Positions 20,629 to 32,528 of a DNA stretch of 64,000 nucleotides are shown here, piece after piece. A model generated the notes under the pieces. It was not told the DNA's origin, searched no databases, and saw only the letters and a list, made by a program, of their open reading frames with translations. Both the position numbers and the translations under genes were made by a program. Positions within the stretch are counted from its first letter, which is position 1, and every line of letters begins with the position of its first letter. The stretch comes from Alphaproteobacteria bacterium (GTDB lineage Bacteria > Pseudomonadota > Alphaproteobacteria > Rs-D84): positions 32,001 to 96,000 of the forward strand of contig JAVBPX010000001.1 of assembly GCA_031549365.1 (NCBI GenBank), in the 5' to 3' direction.

Positions 20629-21819
20629 TTATTGAATGATCTTTGAAACCACTCCGGCGCCAACAGTGCGTCCGCCTTCACGAATAGCGAAGCGCAAACC
20701 TTCTTCCATAGCGATTGGAGAGATCAAAGTTACAGTCATTTTTACGTTATCGCCTGGCAGAACCATTTCTTTGTCCGCTGGCAATTCGATTGTTCCGGTA
20801 ACGTCAGTTGTACGGAAATAGAATTGTGGGCGATAGTTCGAGAAGAACGCTGTATGACGTCCACCTTCTTCTTTTGTCAGAATATAGCATTCTGTTTCGA
20901 ATTTGGTGTGTGGTGTGATTGATCCTGGTTTAGCCAAAACTTGACCACGTTCAACATCTTCTTTCTTGGTTCCACGTAACAATAAACCTACGTTGTCCCC
21001 TGCTTGACCTTGGTCTAACAATTTGCGGAACATTTCAACGCCAGTGATTGTTGTTTTTTGTGTTGGACGAATTCCGATGATTTCAACTTCTTCACCAACT
21101 TTGATAATACCTTGTTCAACACGACCTGTTACAACAGTACCACGGCCTGTGATTGAAAATACGTCTTCAACTGGCATCAAGAATGTTTTATCCAATGGAC
21201 GTTCTGGTGTTGGGATAAATGTATCAACAGCATTCATCAAGTTCATAATAGCTTCTTCGCCCAATTCTGGTTCACGACCTTCCAAGGCACACAAAGCAGA
21301 TCCACGAATAATTGGTGTTGTATCACCTGGGAAGTTGTACGAAGACAACAATTCACGAATTTCCATTTCAACCAATTCCAACAATTCAGCGTCTTTAACC
21401 ATATCAGCTTTGTTCATGAAAACAACGATTGAAGGAACGCCAACCTGACGAGCCAACAAGATGTGTTCACGAGTTTGTGGCATTGGACCGTCTGACGCTG
21501 CAACAACCAAGATTGCTCCGTCCATTTGGGCAGCACCAGTGATCATGTTTTTAACATAATCGGCGTGTCCTGGACAGTCAACGTGTGCATAGTGACGGTT
21601 TGCAGTTGAATATTCAACGTGTGATGTATTAATAGTAATTCCACGTGCTTTTTCTTCTGGGGCGTTATCGATCGCAGCATATCCTTTTGCTTCGGCTCCG
21701 CCTTTTTTTGCCAAAACAGTTGTAATCGCGGCTGTCAAAGTTGTTTTACCGTGATCAACGTGTCCGATTGTACCAATATTAACGTGAGGCAGGCCTCTGT
21801 TAAATTTTTCTTTTGCCAT
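20629..21819 (-). CDS. tuf: Elongation factor Tu
   Basis: [37 protein letters not shown]. Confidence 0.99.
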   Translation of the reverse strand: MAKEKFNRGLPHVNIGTIGHVDHGKTTLTAAITTVLAKKGGAEAKGYAAIDNAPEEKARGITINTSHVEYSTANRHYAHVDCPGHADYVKNMITGAAQMDGAILVVAASDGPMPQTREHILLARQVGVPSIVVFMNKADMVKDAELLELVEMEIRELLSSYNFPGDTTPIIRGSALCALEGREPELGEEAIMNLMNAVDTFIPTPERPLDKTFLMPVEDVFSITGRGTVVTGRVEQGIIKVGEEVEIIGIRPTQKTTITGVEMFRKLLDQGQAGDNVGLLLRGTKKEDVERGQVLAKPGSITPHTKFETECYILTKEEGGRHTAFFSNYRPQFYFRTTDVTGTIELPADKEMVLPGDNVKMTVTLISPIAMEEGLRFAIREGGRTVGAGVVSKIIQ

Positions 21820-21840
21820 AGTCGTCTCCTTTTGATTTAA

Positions 21841-23922
21841 CTATTGGTTGTGTTTTTTAATAACTTCGTCCGCCACATTCTGTGGAACATCCGCATAATG
21901 TGACAATTCCATAGAGAACGTTGCGCGGCCCTGGGACAGGGAACGCAATGTTTTCACATAGCCGAACATAGACGCCAATGGAACATATGCATCAACGACT
22001 TGGGCACCGAAACGTGCTTCCATTCCGTTAATTTGTCCACGACGAGAATTCAGATCTCCGATGATATCCCCCATGTATTCCTCAGGAGTAACAACCTCGG
22101 CTCTCATAATTGGCTCGAGCATTTTTGGTGAAGCTTCTTTAACGGCTTCACGAAAGGCTGCACGCGCCGCAATTTCAAAGCACAATACGTTCGAGTCAAC
22201 TTCATGGTATTTTCCGTCAACCAGAGTCGCTTTGAAATCAATAGTTGGATAGCCTGCCAATACACCTGATTGTTGGGCCATCTTTAAACCTTTTTCTACA
22301 CCTGGGATATATTCTTTTGGAACAGATCCACCGACAATCTTGTTTTCGAACTGGTAACCAGAACCTGGTTCCAATGGCTCGAATATAATTTTAACTTGGG
22401 CATATTGACCCGATCCACCAGATTGCTTTTTATGAGTATAATCTTTTGTAACAGTTTTTCTGAATGTTTCACGGTATGCAATACGTGGTTCGCCAATATT
22501 TGCTTCTACTTTGAATTCACGGAACAAACGGTCAACCAAAATATCCAAATGCAATTCGCCAACACCAGCCAAAATTGTTTGACCTGATTCTTGGTCCACA
22601 GAAACATGGAACGAAGGATCTTCTTTGGCCAAAGCTTGTAATCCCAAAGACATTTTTTCAATATCCGCTTTGGTTTTTGGCTCAATTGCGATTTCAATAA
22701 CTGGATCTGGAATGTGAATTTTTGCCAAAATGATTGGTTTTGCATCATCACACAATGTATCCCCTGTAAATGTATCTTTCAATCCGACCAAAACAACGAT
22801 GTCGCCAGCATTTGCTTCTTTGATTTCTTCGCGATTGTTCGAATGCATCAATAACATACGTCCAATACGTTCGCGTTTATCACGGCTGGAATTCAACACG
22901 TATGATCCAGATGTCAATTTACCAGAATAAACACGCACATACATCAAAGAACCAACATATGGATCGTTTGCAACTTTGAACGCCAATGCTGAAAATGGTT
23001 CGGATGCGTCCGGATGACGTTCGTCTTTGGTTTCGCCGTCCATTTTTACGCCTTCGATGGCTGGAATATCAACTGGGGATGGCAAATAGTCAACAACAGC
23101 ATCCAACAATGGTTGCACACCTTTGTTTTTAAATGCAGTACCACACAAAATTGGGTTGAATGATTGGTTAATTGTTCCTTTGCGGATCAATTTTTTCAAT
23201 GTTTCAACATCCGGAGTCTTGCCCTCCAAGTATGCTTCCATGATGGCGTCGTCTTGTTCTACGGCCATTTCAACCAATTTCGAATGCAATTCTTCTGCTT
23301 TGGCTTTTAAATCAGCTGGAATTTCAGTTTCAACTGGGTTTGATCCCATTTCGTCTTCCCAAATAATTCCTTTCATTGCAACAACGTCAACAACACCCTT
23401 GAAATCAGATTCAGCACCAATTGGGAAATTGATAACCAATGGATTTGCGCCCAAACGTTGACGGATCATTTCTACACAACGGAAAAAGTCCCCACCAATA
23501 CGATCCATTTTATTAATAAAGCAAATTCTTGGGACGTTGTATTTGTCTGCTTGGCGCCATACAGTTTCAGTTTGTGGCTGAACACCAGACACAGATTCAA
23601 ACACAGCAACAGCACCGTCCAATACGCGCAAAGAGCGCTCAACTTCCATTGTAAAGTCTACGTGCCCTGGGGTATCGATCAAATTAATACGGTGATCTTT
23701 CCAGAAACAAGTTGTAGCCGCAGATGTAATTGTAATACCGCGTTCTTGTTCTTGAACCATCCAATCCATAGTGGCGGCGCCTTCGTGAACTTCGCCAATT
23801 TTGTATGACTTACCAGTGTAATACAAAATACGTTCCGAAGTCGTAGTTTTACCAGCGTCAATATGGGCCATAATCCCGATATTGCGATACATATGTAATG
23901 GTGCAGTTTTTCCAGCGGCCAT
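21841..23922 (-). CDS. fusA: Elongation factor G
   Basis: [32 protein letters not shown]. Confidence 0.99.
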   Translation of the reverse strand: MAAGKTAPLHMYRNIGIMAHIDAGKTTTSERILYYTGKSYKIGEVHEGAATMDWMVQEQERGITITSAATTCFWKDHRINLIDTPGHVDFTMEVERSLRVLDGAVAVFESVSGVQPQTETVWRQADKYNVPRICFINKMDRIGGDFFRCVEMIRQRLGANPLVINFPIGAESDFKGVVDVVAMKGIIWEDEMGSNPVETEIPADLKAKAEELHSKLVEMAVEQDDAIMEAYLEGKTPDVETLKKLIRKGTINQSFNPILCGTAFKNKGVQPLLDAVVDYLPSPVDIPAIEGVKMDGETKDERHPDASEPFSALAFKVANDPYVGSLMYVRVYSGKLTSGSYVLNSSRDKRERIGRMLLMHSNNREEIKEANAGDIVVLVGLKDTFTGDTLCDDAKPIILAKIHIPDPVIEIAIEPKTKADIEKMSLGLQALAKEDPSFHVSVDQESGQTILAGVGELHLDILVDRLFREFKVEANIGEPRIAYRETFRKTVTKDYTHKKQSGGSGQYAQVKIIFEPLEPGSGYQFENKIVGGSVPKEYIPGVEKGLKMAQQSGVLAGYPTIDFKATLVDGKYHEVDSNVLCFEIAARAAFREAVKEASPKMLEPIMRAEVVTPEEYMGDIIGDLNSRRGQINGMEARFGAQVVDAYVPLASMFGYVKTLRSLSQGRATFSMELSHYADVPQNVADEVIKKHNQ

Positions 23923-23939
23923 TGTGGTTCCCCTCTATA

Positions 23940-24796
<857 letters not shown>

Positions 24797-24943
24797 GAAT
24801 AACCCTTTGTTTTTTGTACATAATTTCTGCGTAAAACAATCGTTTTGGATTTATTTTCCGTGATATCACGAAATTTATAAATCCAGCTAACCCATTGTTT
24901 TATCGATGTTTTTTCTTTGGCATATTTCATCCAAATCAGACCC

Positions 24944-24972
24944 ATATTAAAGTCAAACCACCCAATTGTCAA
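24944..24972 (-). promoter_or_regulatory. Putative sigma70 promoter of the str operon
   Basis: TTGACA-17 nt-TAATAT on minus strand about 150 nt upstream of rpsL. Confidence 0.6.
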
Positions 24973-25173
24973 GCAAAAATACCAAAAATTTCAATGTTTT
25001 TCGCGACCACGCCATACCCGCCCGACCAAATAAATTTCTATGTTTGACACTCGAATCTTTTTTGATAAACCCTTGGTTGAAAAATCATCAAACATAATAT
25101 TGTTGAACAAATCTTTAATTCAGGGGTTGATTTTTATTTTTTAATGAATATATTGTTGTCAAAGGAAAAAATT

Positions 25174-26322
25174 ATGCAAAATCATAAAAACAAACGTCTT
25201 AAAAAATTATATAAATGGCTGTTGGGATCCATCGCATTTGGCTTGTTTTATTCGGGTCATAACGGCCCAGAATTTGACAAAGTCCCCATGTACGCGATAT
25301 ACAATCCCAAAAATATAAAATCGGATTTATTTTTTGCTCATTTATCACGCACCAACGACACTGCAGACTGGGTATATATTCACGATAGGGATACTATAAA
25401 TTTGACACAAAACATAAACTCTCGAATTGAATATTCGAAACAAAAACCTATTAAACTCGATACGCTAACATCAGTTATTGATACTTGCTACATCAATGCC
25501 TGGCCCCCACTATGCTTGGGATATTACGATAATCGCCTAAGGACAACGCATGCCATACACTTTTTAGCAGACACAAATATGCCCGATTACAAACAAACAC
25601 AATTTCAACGCCGATTGGATTTGGTAAACAACCGCCACTTTATAAACACAGCGCATGAACGACATCATGACCACAACCAATATGAATACCCTTATAAAAA
25701 AGGCATAAAAAAATTGGACGTCTCAGACAAAGTATTGGCCGAATATCACAATGAAATCAGCGCAACAATCCGCAGTTATTTTGCCGTACGTAAAAAATTT
25801 ACAAGCGGAATAAACATCGATTATTCCGATGCCGATAAATATCAAAGATATATTTCATTTTTGAAATCAAATTATAAATCCGTTTCAAAAATTCCCGATT
25901 CGAACGAAATTATTTTTATATTTAAAAATATCTTAACTGCCGATTGGATCGATGCATACACAAACAAAAATTCCGCGGGAAAACGCTGTCGTAACAACAT
26001 CTTGACCATGAGTCCAGACATGAAGAACACACGAAAAATTTTAAATAATATGATTAAACACTATTATACATACGATTGTTTTACTGATGGCGAATTATGC
26101 TTGCTGGATATAATCGGGCCAGATTATATAAACGATAACATAAATTCAATCTTGCTTAATAATGCTGAAATTTCAAAATTAATTGTTGATATCCAAGAGA
26201 TTCGAAAAAACGGAGAAACTGCCGAAAACAAATTATTCAAAATCCAGCGCGATTATGGATACAACAAAATGAACCAATTAATTCAAATTTGGACTCGTGC
26301 GGCCAAACAAAAACCCAGATAA
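25174..26322 (+). CDS. Hypothetical membrane-anchored protein with HExxH motif (putative zincin metallopeptidase)
   Basis: Basic N-terminus plus short hydrophobic segment; AHERHH followed by EYHNEISA; AAGGA SD before ATG 25174. Confidence 0.55.
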   Translation: MQNHKNKRLKKLYKWLLGSIAFGLFYSGHNGPEFDKVPMYAIYNPKNIKSDLFFAHLSRTNDTADWVYIHDRDTINLTQNINSRIEYSKQKPIKLDTLTSVIDTCYINAWPPLCLGYYDNRLRTTHAIHFLADTNMPDYKQTQFQRRLDLVNNRHFINTAHERHHDHNQYEYPYKKGIKKLDVSDKVLAEYHNEISATIRSYFAVRKKFTSGINIDYSDADKYQRYISFLKSNYKSVSKIPDSNEIIFIFKNILTADWIDAYTNKNSAGKRCRNNILTMSPDMKNTRKILNNMIKHYYTYDCFTDGELCLLDIIGPDYINDNINSILLNNAEISKLIVDIQEIRKNGETAENKLFKIQRDYGYNKMNQLIQIWTRAAKQKPR

Positions 26323-27423
26323 TTATTTTGAATCGCCGTTTTTCTGCCATACCGTTTTTGCACGGATTTCACGCCATTTGGCATGATTACTGTTGTGCTC
26401 TTCCAATGTTTTTGAAAACACATGTCCGCCAGAACCATCGGCCACAAAATATAAATAATCTGTGTTTGCCGGCTGTAATACAGCCTGGATTGCTGCGGCG
26501 CCCGGATTTGCAATTGGCCCTGGGGGCAATCCCTTGTTACGATATGTGTTATACGGGCTGTTAACTTCCATCAAATGTTTTTGATATAATTTTTTGCCCT
26601 CCATATGACCCAGCTTGTTCGTCAAAATATAAACAACCGTTGGATCAGCCTGTAATTTCATACCAATTTTTAAACGATTATAATAAACGGACGCAACACG
26701 CGGCATTTCGTCCGAAATCATAGTTTCGCGCTGAACAATTGACGCCAGGGTTAAAACTTCGTTCCAATTTTTTAATGGAATGTTCCATGAACCACGTTCG
26801 TAACTATTTTTCCAACCATCCATTTCGCGGGTCATAATTTTAATTACATTGTCCCTGCTCTCGCCCTTTGGCACGACATAGGTTGATGGAAATAAATCGC
26901 CTTCGGCCACATCGACTGTAATGCTGCCACGCAAATCTGGATTATTTTCAATAACGCGACGCGCCTGAATTATGGTGAATCCTTCGGGAATTGTAATGCT
27001 CGTCTGCGCAACGCGCCCTGTGGACATTTGCGAAGCTATGCGATACACACTCTCTCCTGCTGAAATATCGTAAACTCCGGCCTTGATCATACCACCAGAC
27101 ATACGAACCAATGCTTTGAAAACAATCGGATGAATTATCATATTTTTTTCATTTAATTTCTTCGCAACCGAATTAACCGCATCACCACGAACAACTTCAA
27201 TCGAAGAATCTTCGCGAATCGGAGAATACAAAAACACCGTCGCGAACCCAATCAATCCGACCACCATTAAAATGAAAAACAAAATATAATGCAGGCTGAA
27301 AAATTTTTGACGACGTGGTTTTGTTGCGTGCTTGGCAACATGTTTTACAGCAACCACTGACGGTGATTTTTTATGTGTCGCAACACGCGCATTATGTTTC
27401 TTGGACTTGTTCTTTTTTACCAT
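26323..27423 (-). CDS. mltG: Endolytic peptidoglycan transglycosylase MltG
   Basis: TIPEGF, EGDLFPSTY, LASIVQRET, LQADPTV, SPYNTY, GLPPGPIANPG; follows fabF as usual. Confidence 0.95.
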   Translation of the reverse strand: MVKKNKSKKHNARVATHKKSPSVVAVKHVAKHATKPRRQKFFSLHYILFFILMVVGLIGFATVFLYSPIREDSSIEVVRGDAVNSVAKKLNEKNMIIHPIVFKALVRMSGGMIKAGVYDISAGESVYRIASQMSTGRVAQTSITIPEGFTIIQARRVIENNPDLRGSITVDVAEGDLFPSTYVVPKGESRDNVIKIMTREMDGWKNSYERGSWNIPLKNWNEVLTLASIVQRETMISDEMPRVASVYYNRLKIGMKLQADPTVVYILTNKLGHMEGKKLYQKHLMEVNSPYNTYRNKGLPPGPIANPGAAAIQAVLQPANTDYLYFVADGSGGHVFSKTLEEHNSNHAKWREIRAKTVWQKNGDSK

Positions 27424-27508
27424 TTTAAATCTTTTTGTTTCACGCACTATTTATAGCAAAAGCCCCAGCATGACACAAGGGCTTTCTGCTGTGATTACAA
27501 TCCCAACA

Positions 27509-28777
27509 CTATTGACATTTTTTCAATAAAATGGATGCGTTGGTTCCGCCAAATCCAAAAGAATTGGATAATGCGTAATTAACAGTTTTCTCCTTCGCAA
27601 CATTTGGCACCAAATCGAATCCAACTGTAACTTCTTCTGGATCTTCCAAATTAATTGTTGGCGGACAAATATTGTCGCGAATCGCCAATGCTGAAAAAAT
27701 TGTTTCAACAGCACCCGCAGCACCCAACAAATGACCTGTCATCGACTTGGTCGAAGACATTGAAACATTTGTGCCTGTGAACATTTTTTTAACCGCGGAA
27801 AATTCTGCCAAATCGCCCAACGGGGTCGATGTTCCGTGTGCATTAATATAATCAATATCTGACGCAGAAATACCGGCATCTTTGATTGCGGCCTCCATTG
27901 CACGGTATCCACCGTTACCATCTTCGGCTGGCGCAGTAATATGATTCGAATCACCAGACATTCCGTACCCAACAACTTCGGCATAAATTTTTGCACCACG
28001 CGCAACCGCATGCTCGTATTCTTCCAATACAAGAACACCTGCACCCTCGCCAATGACAAAACCATCGCGCCCCTTGTCCCATGGACGCGACGCACGTGTC
28101 GGCTCATCATTTCTGGTTGATAATGCGCGCATTGCACAAAAGCCACCCATACCAATTGGACAAATCGCTGCTTCGGCACCGCCGGCAACCATAACGTCTG
28201 CCGCACCATACGCAATTAAACGCGACGCATCGCCAATTGCATGTGTCCCTGTTGCACAAGCGGTCACAACAGAACTGTTTGGCCCGCGGAAACCATAATT
28301 AATTGATACGTGTCCAGACAACATATTAATAATTGATTTTGTGATAAAGAACGGGGAAATTCGACGCGGCCCCTTTTCATGCAATTCAACACATGTTTCA
28401 TAAATCGATTGCATACCGCCAATACCGGATCCGATTAAAACACCGGTTCTGTCTTTGTCTTGCTCTTCTGTTGGCGTCCAACCAGAATCTTTGATTGCTT
28501 CGTCTGCAGCAACCAGACCGTATACCATAAATTTATCCATACGGCGTTGTTCACGTGGATCAACGATTGCATCGGGATTATATTGACCCGGTTCTGTCCC
28601 ATTTATTGGGTATCCACCAATTTTTGATGAATATTCTGTTACATCCATTAATCCTGGATCAATTGCGCGTACTCCAGATTTGCCCGCTTTGATTGCGGCC
28701 CATGCGTGGTCCACACCACACCCAACTGGGGAAACAATTCCCATTCCTGTAATAACGACACGTCGTTTACTTTGCAT
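27509..28777 (-). CDS. fabF: Beta-ketoacyl-ACP synthase II
   Basis: TACATG, INAHGTST, KSMTGHLLGAAG, SNSFGFGGTN. Confidence 0.98.
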   Translation of the reverse strand: MQSKRRVVITGMGIVSPVGCGVDHAWAAIKAGKSGVRAIDPGLMDVTEYSSKIGGYPINGTEPGQYNPDAIVDPREQRRMDKFMVYGLVAADEAIKDSGWTPTEEQDKDRTGVLIGSGIGGMQSIYETCVELHEKGPRRISPFFITKSIINMLSGHVSINYGFRGPNSSVVTACATGTHAIGDASRLIAYGAADVMVAGGAEAAICPIGMGGFCAMRALSTRNDEPTRASRPWDKGRDGFVIGEGAGVLVLEEYEHAVARGAKIYAEVVGYGMSGDSNHITAPAEDGNGGYRAMEAAIKDAGISASDIDYINAHGTSTPLGDLAEFSAVKKMFTGTNVSMSSTKSMTGHLLGAAGAVETIFSALAIRDNICPPTINLEDPEEVTVGFDLVPNVAKEKTVNYALSNSFGFGGTNASILLKKCQ

Positions 28778-28856
28778 AATATATCCTTTGTTAAAATAAA
28801 CTGTTTGGCTTTTGCCTGGTGCCTATTTTACTACATAAATACCCCATATTGTCAAA

Positions 28857-28893
28857 TAAAAAACCCCATTTGGAATAATCCGCATGGGGTTTT
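28857..28893 (-). terminator. Terminator/hairpin after acpP
   Basis: AAAACCCCAT...ATGGGGTTTT inverted repeat with T-run on minus strand. Confidence 0.7.
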
Positions 28894-28912
28894 AATTTTG
28901 AAACCAAATGGC

Positions 28913-29161
28913 TTATTTTTTTTCAGCCAATTTTGCTTCTACAAATTTGGCAGCATCGCCAACTGTTTGTAATTTTTGAGCCATATCGTCTGGAATAGTG
29001 ATTTCATATTTTGATTCCAATTCCATAACTAATTCAACGATATCCAAGCTGTCTGCTCCCAAGTCATTCGCAAAAGAAGCTTCCATTTTAACATCTTCTG
29101 GTTTAACTCCTAATTTATCAACGATAACTTGTTTCATTTCGTTAAAATCAAATTTTGCCAT
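28913..29161 (-). CDS. acpP: Acyl carrier protein
   Basis: DLGADSLD phosphopantetheine site. Confidence 0.98.
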   Translation of the reverse strand: MAKFDFNEMKQVIVDKLGVKPEDVKMEASFANDLGADSLDIVELVMELESKYEITIPDDMAQKLQTVGDAAKFVEAKLAEKK

Positions 29162-29478
29162 TTTTTTTCCTTTGTTTTAATTAACTGTAAAACCTGTTCT
29201 TCATTGTTTCAGGTCTGTTGGTGAACAGTAAACAGTAATTTTACAATAATGTCAAGCACAACGTTAAAAATTATCAAAAAATCTAACCAACTATAACGGG
29301 ATAAATGCTGAAAAATCAATACATTATTCCATCGGACCCTAACATGATTAAAAACCCAACAAAAATACAAATCATCGGTCAAATTTCAAACATTTTACGA
29401 ATCAAACAAAAGCGCACCACTCATTAAGTATAAATGGATTTTTGCATATCGCTCCAACACGGCACGCCAGTAAATTGT

Positions 29479-29517
29479 TTGTCATTGCGAGCAGAACGCG
29501 GCAATCTTTGCGATATA
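29479..29517 (+). repeat. Palindromic intergenic repeat (GTCATTGC...GGCAATC family), copy 1
   Basis: TTGTCATTGCGAGCAGAACGCGGCAATCTTTGCGATATA; shares both arms with copies at 30355 and 32371. Confidence 0.75.
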
Positions 29518-29548
29518 AAAATCATCAAAATACATTTATAATCCAAAC

Positions 29549-29578
29549 AAAAAATCCCGAACGCACGGTTCGGGATTT
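29549..29578 (-). terminator. Terminator after fabG
   Basis: AAATCCCGAAC-gcacg-GTTCGGGATTT with T-run on minus strand. Confidence 0.8.
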
Positions 29579-29591
29579 AAATTGGCTGGTT

Positions 29592-30329
29592 TTAAAACCT
29601 GGCCATGCCGCCATTTACATGAATCGTTTGACCCGTAATATATGACGCATCATCAGATGCCAAAAATAATACAGCATTCGCAATGTCGTCCGGGTTACCG
29701 AATCGATCCATTGGAATTTGATTCAACATCATGGTTTTGATTTCTTCGGGCAACACATCGGTCATTGGTGTCTGAATAAAGCCCGGCGCAACACAATTTG
29801 CTGTGATGCCACGTTTTGCAACCTCGGCCGATAATGTTTTTGTCATTGATGTCAATGCGCCTTTGGATGCTGTATAATTTGCCTGACCCGCATTACCTAA
29901 ATGCCCGACAATCGATGTAATATTAATAATGCGCCCATAACGATTTTTAATCATTGGCATAATTGAAGCACGGCACAATTTGAACACAGCGGTTAAATTA
30001 ACGCGAATCACTTCTTCGAAATCTTGGTCCGACATGCGCATCATTAAACCGTCTTTGGTCATACCAGCATTGTTAACCAAAATATCCAAACGTCCGGCCG
30101 ATTCGATTGTTTCACGAACCAAACGTTCACAATCTTCGGTCTTGGATAAATCCGCAGCAATTACAATCACTCGATCCTTTAATTCCGAACGCAGAGCATT
30201 TAATTTTTCAGTATTACGCCCTGTTAATACAACTGTTGCACCTGACGCGTGAATTTTTTTCGCAATCGCGTCACCAATACCACCAGTTGCGCCTGTTACC
30301 AAAGCCACTTTACCATCCATTTTATACAT
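29592..30329 (-). CDS. fabG: 3-oxoacyl-ACP reductase
   Basis: TGATGGIG, NNAG, YTASK catalytic motif; start set at ATG 30329 (AAAGGA SD). Confidence 0.96.
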   Translation of the reverse strand: MYKMDGKVALVTGATGGIGDAIAKKIHASGATVVLTGRNTEKLNALRSELKDRVIVIAADLSKTEDCERLVRETIESAGRLDILVNNAGMTKDGLMMRMSDQDFEEVIRVNLTAVFKLCRASIMPMIKNRYGRIINITSIVGHLGNAGQANYTASKGALTSMTKTLSAEVAKRGITANCVAPGFIQTPMTDVLPEEIKTMMLNQIPMDRFGNPDDIANAVLFLASDDASYITGQTIHVNGGMARF

Positions 30330-30354
30330 TTTCTTTCCTTTTTGTTTTTCATAA

Positions 30355-30400
30355 TTGTCATTGCTAGGCGTCATAACGCCGTGGCAATCTTTGCAATATA
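30355..30400 (+). repeat. Palindromic intergenic repeat, copy 2
   Basis: TTGTCATTGCTA-GGCGT-cata-ACGCC-GTGGCAATCTTTGCAATATA. Confidence 0.75.
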
Positions 30401-30437
30401 TTGTCGCCAAAGGCTCATTCACAGCCTTTGACACTAT

Positions 30438-31385
30438 TTATTTCAAACTCTCTACAAATGCACGGACATCATCAACATTGTTGATTGCGATTGCGGTTAT
30501 ACCCTCGGCAATGCGCGGAGTCAATCCAGTTAATACTTTGCCCGGCCCAACTTCGATTGTTTGTTCAATTCCCAATGCCGGCAATGATAAAACAGTTTCA
30601 CGCCAACGAACACCATTTGTAATTTGTTGAACCAACAAATCTTTGATTTCAATCGGATCCGATACCGGCACGGTTGTGCGGTTTGAAATCAATGGAACCA
30701 CCGGCGCTTTCAAATCAACTGATTCGAATGCATCCCTCATTTCATTTTGTGCAGGCACCATTAATCCCGAATGAGGAGGCACGGATAACGGCAATAACAT
30801 CGCACGTTTTGCACCCGTTTCTTTGGCCAATTCCATTGCACGCTCAATTGCTGGTTTTGATCCAGAAATAACAACCTGGCCCGGACCATTATCATTTGCG
30901 ACATCACAACAACCCAGCGCGGACGCAGTTTTGCAAACATCACTCACTTGTTCGATTGTTAAGCCCATAATCACAGCCATTGCACCCAAACCCTCGGGCA
31001 CAGCACGTTGCATCGCATCGCCACGCAAACGTAATAATTTTGCGGTGTCATGTAATGATAATGAACCCGCCGCACATAACGCGGAATATTCACCCAACGA
31101 ATGCCCTGCAACATATGGCGATAATTCGGATAATTTTTTACCAGACAATTCCAAAATCACACGCATTGTTGCGATTGACACAGACATAATTGCCGGCTGA
31201 ACATTTGATGTCAATGTCAAAGTTTCAATTGGTCCGTTAAAAATTAAATCTGATAATTTTTGGTTTAATGCGTCATCCACTTCCATAAATACTTGTTTTG
31301 CGACATCAAAATTGTCATATAAATCGCGTCCCATACCAACGACCTGGGATCCTTGACCTGGAAATACAAACATTGATTTTACCAT
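30438..31385 (-). CDS. fabD: Malonyl-CoA:ACP transacylase
   Basis: FPGQGSQ, GHSLGEYSAL, EVGPGKVL. Confidence 0.97.
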   Translation of the reverse strand: MVKSMFVFPGQGSQVVGMGRDLYDNFDVAKQVFMEVDDALNQKLSDLIFNGPIETLTLTSNVQPAIMSVSIATMRVILELSGKKLSELSPYVAGHSLGEYSALCAAGSLSLHDTAKLLRLRGDAMQRAVPEGLGAMAVIMGLTIEQVSDVCKTASALGCCDVANDNGPGQVVISGSKPAIERAMELAKETGAKRAMLLPLSVPPHSGLMVPAQNEMRDAFESVDLKAPVVPLISNRTTVPVSDPIEIKDLLVQQITNGVRWRETVLSLPALGIEQTIEVGPGKVLTGLTPRIAEGITAIAINNVDDVRAFVESLK

Positions 31386-31449
31386 TTTGCGTCCTCTTGG
31401 CTACGTTGAATAACCATAGCAAACTTTTTTTTAAATGTCTATAAAATCT

Positions 31450-31878
31450 CTATCTTCCTGCAAAACCCAATTCACGCATTAACATTGCCTTTTCTTTCGG
31501 ACCATATAAATTTGATTTATATTTATCGGCAATTTCATGCCTTGGCGACCATTCCATTTTAAAACATTTATTAGGTTCCATGATTTTTAAATTTTCTGTA
31601 TTTTTTACATTTGCAACAAAATAATATCCCAACCAAACCATTCCTTTGGTCACAGAACGATCACACAACAATAAATGTAATTGTTTTTTATCAATCGTTA
31701 AATTGCATTCTTCCAAAACTTCACGAATGGCGGCTTCAATTGGTGTTTGATTTTGTTCAACCCGACCGCCTGGAAAATTACATCGGTCGCGGCCGCAATC
31801 AAAGGGATCTTTTTCATACATCAATAAATACTGATTGGATTGGTTTTTAATTAAAACTCGGACGTAACGATTTTGCAT
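31450..31878 (-). CDS. NUDIX hydrolase
   Basis: FPGGRVEQNQTPIEAAIREVLEEC Nudix box. Confidence 0.88.
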   Translation of the reverse strand: MQNRYVRVLIKNQSNQYLLMYEKDPFDCGRDRCNFPGGRVEQNQTPIEAAIREVLEECNLTIDKKQLHLLLCDRSVTKGMVWLGYYFVANVKNTENLKIMEPNKCFKMEWSPRHEIADKYKSNLYGPKEKAMLMRELGFAGR

Positions 31879-31986
31879 TGAACAACCCTCTGTTGTTGCC
31901 CTACACCCTCTTAACGAATATGCTATATGGTCGCCGCGAAAAAGTCCAGCTCAATTTTTTCCGCAGAATACCGCCGCTATACAAAC

Positions 31987-32074
31987 GTATATACAACTGT
32001 ATATACACAACGGACTTTCGCCAAATCTTTGTATATACAAATGTGTTGACAGCTGTATTGTCTTTGATTATAGT
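31987..32074 (+). promoter_or_regulatory. Sigma70 promoter with three upstream GTATATAC palindromes
   Basis: GTATATAC at 31987, 31999 and 32031; TTGACA (32046)-17 nt-TATAGT (32069). Confidence 0.65.
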
Positions 32075-32102
32075 GTGCTTCTGTTCGGAAATAATTGGAA
32101 TC

Positions 32103-32321
32103 ATGCAAAATATATTAAAACAAATCTTTATGATGAATATCAAAACGGTTTTAACCGATTACGCAGCGATGCGCGCCTTTCAAAAAAATGATACTGTTGT
32201 AAATATGCGTATGAATTCAAAATTGGTGGATAAAATCAAAGCCCTGGCCGCAGAACAAGGCGTGCCATACCAAACATTAATTGCCGCCACATTAAATAAA
32301 ATCACCGAAGAAGACAAATAA
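32103..32321 (+). CDS. CopG/BrnA-like ribbon-helix-helix protein (antitoxin-like)
   Basis: VVNMRMNSKLVDKIKALAAEQGVPYQTLI matches the R...IK..A...G.PYQTLI signature; start could also be 32130 or 32133. Confidence 0.75.
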   Translation: MQNILKQIFMMNIKTVLTDYAAMRAFQKNDTVVNMRMNSKLVDKIKALAAEQGVPYQTLIAATLNKITEEDK

Positions 32322-32370
32322 AAATATCCCCCTCCGCCCGCGTCGTATAAAAGCGCAATCTTTTTTAAAG

Positions 32371-32415
32371 TTGTCATTGCGAGGAGCTATGGCTCCGCGG
32401 CAATCATTGCAATTG
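32371..32415 (+). repeat. Palindromic intergenic repeat, copy 3
   Basis: TTGTCATTGCGA-GGAGC-tatg-GCTCC-GCGGCAATCATTGCAAT. Confidence 0.75.
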
Positions 32416-32528
32416 AAATCTCATCCGGGAAAATCAAAGATTTTCTCCGGATGTAACATCAATCAAAATTTACTTTGTCTTCGCTTGCTCGCCAGAATGG
32501 ACACGCTATTTCGCGAAAAACAACATTA

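Noticed and set aside
29314-29326. IHF consensus match AATCAATACATTA upstream of acpP (a near match also lies near 24888-24900)
   Set aside because: Short degenerate motif expected by chance in AT-rich spacers
30330-30434. fabG N-terminal extension with CxxC (possible repeat-in-protein insertion)
   Set aside because: Read-through of an intergenic palindrome; a good SD precedes ATG 30329, although translation of the extension is not strictly excluded
31987-32040. LexA SOS boxes
   Set aside because: Do not fit CTGT-N8-ACAG or the alphaproteobacterial GTTC-N7-GTTC
31878-32102. N-terminal extension of the CopG-like ORF given in the ORF track
   Set aside because: Overlaps the promoter and GTATATAC boxes; the real start is probably 32103 or later
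29479-32415. CRISPR array from the repeated palindromes
   Set aside because: Copies are dispersed, variable and separated by whole genes; no cas genes in the window
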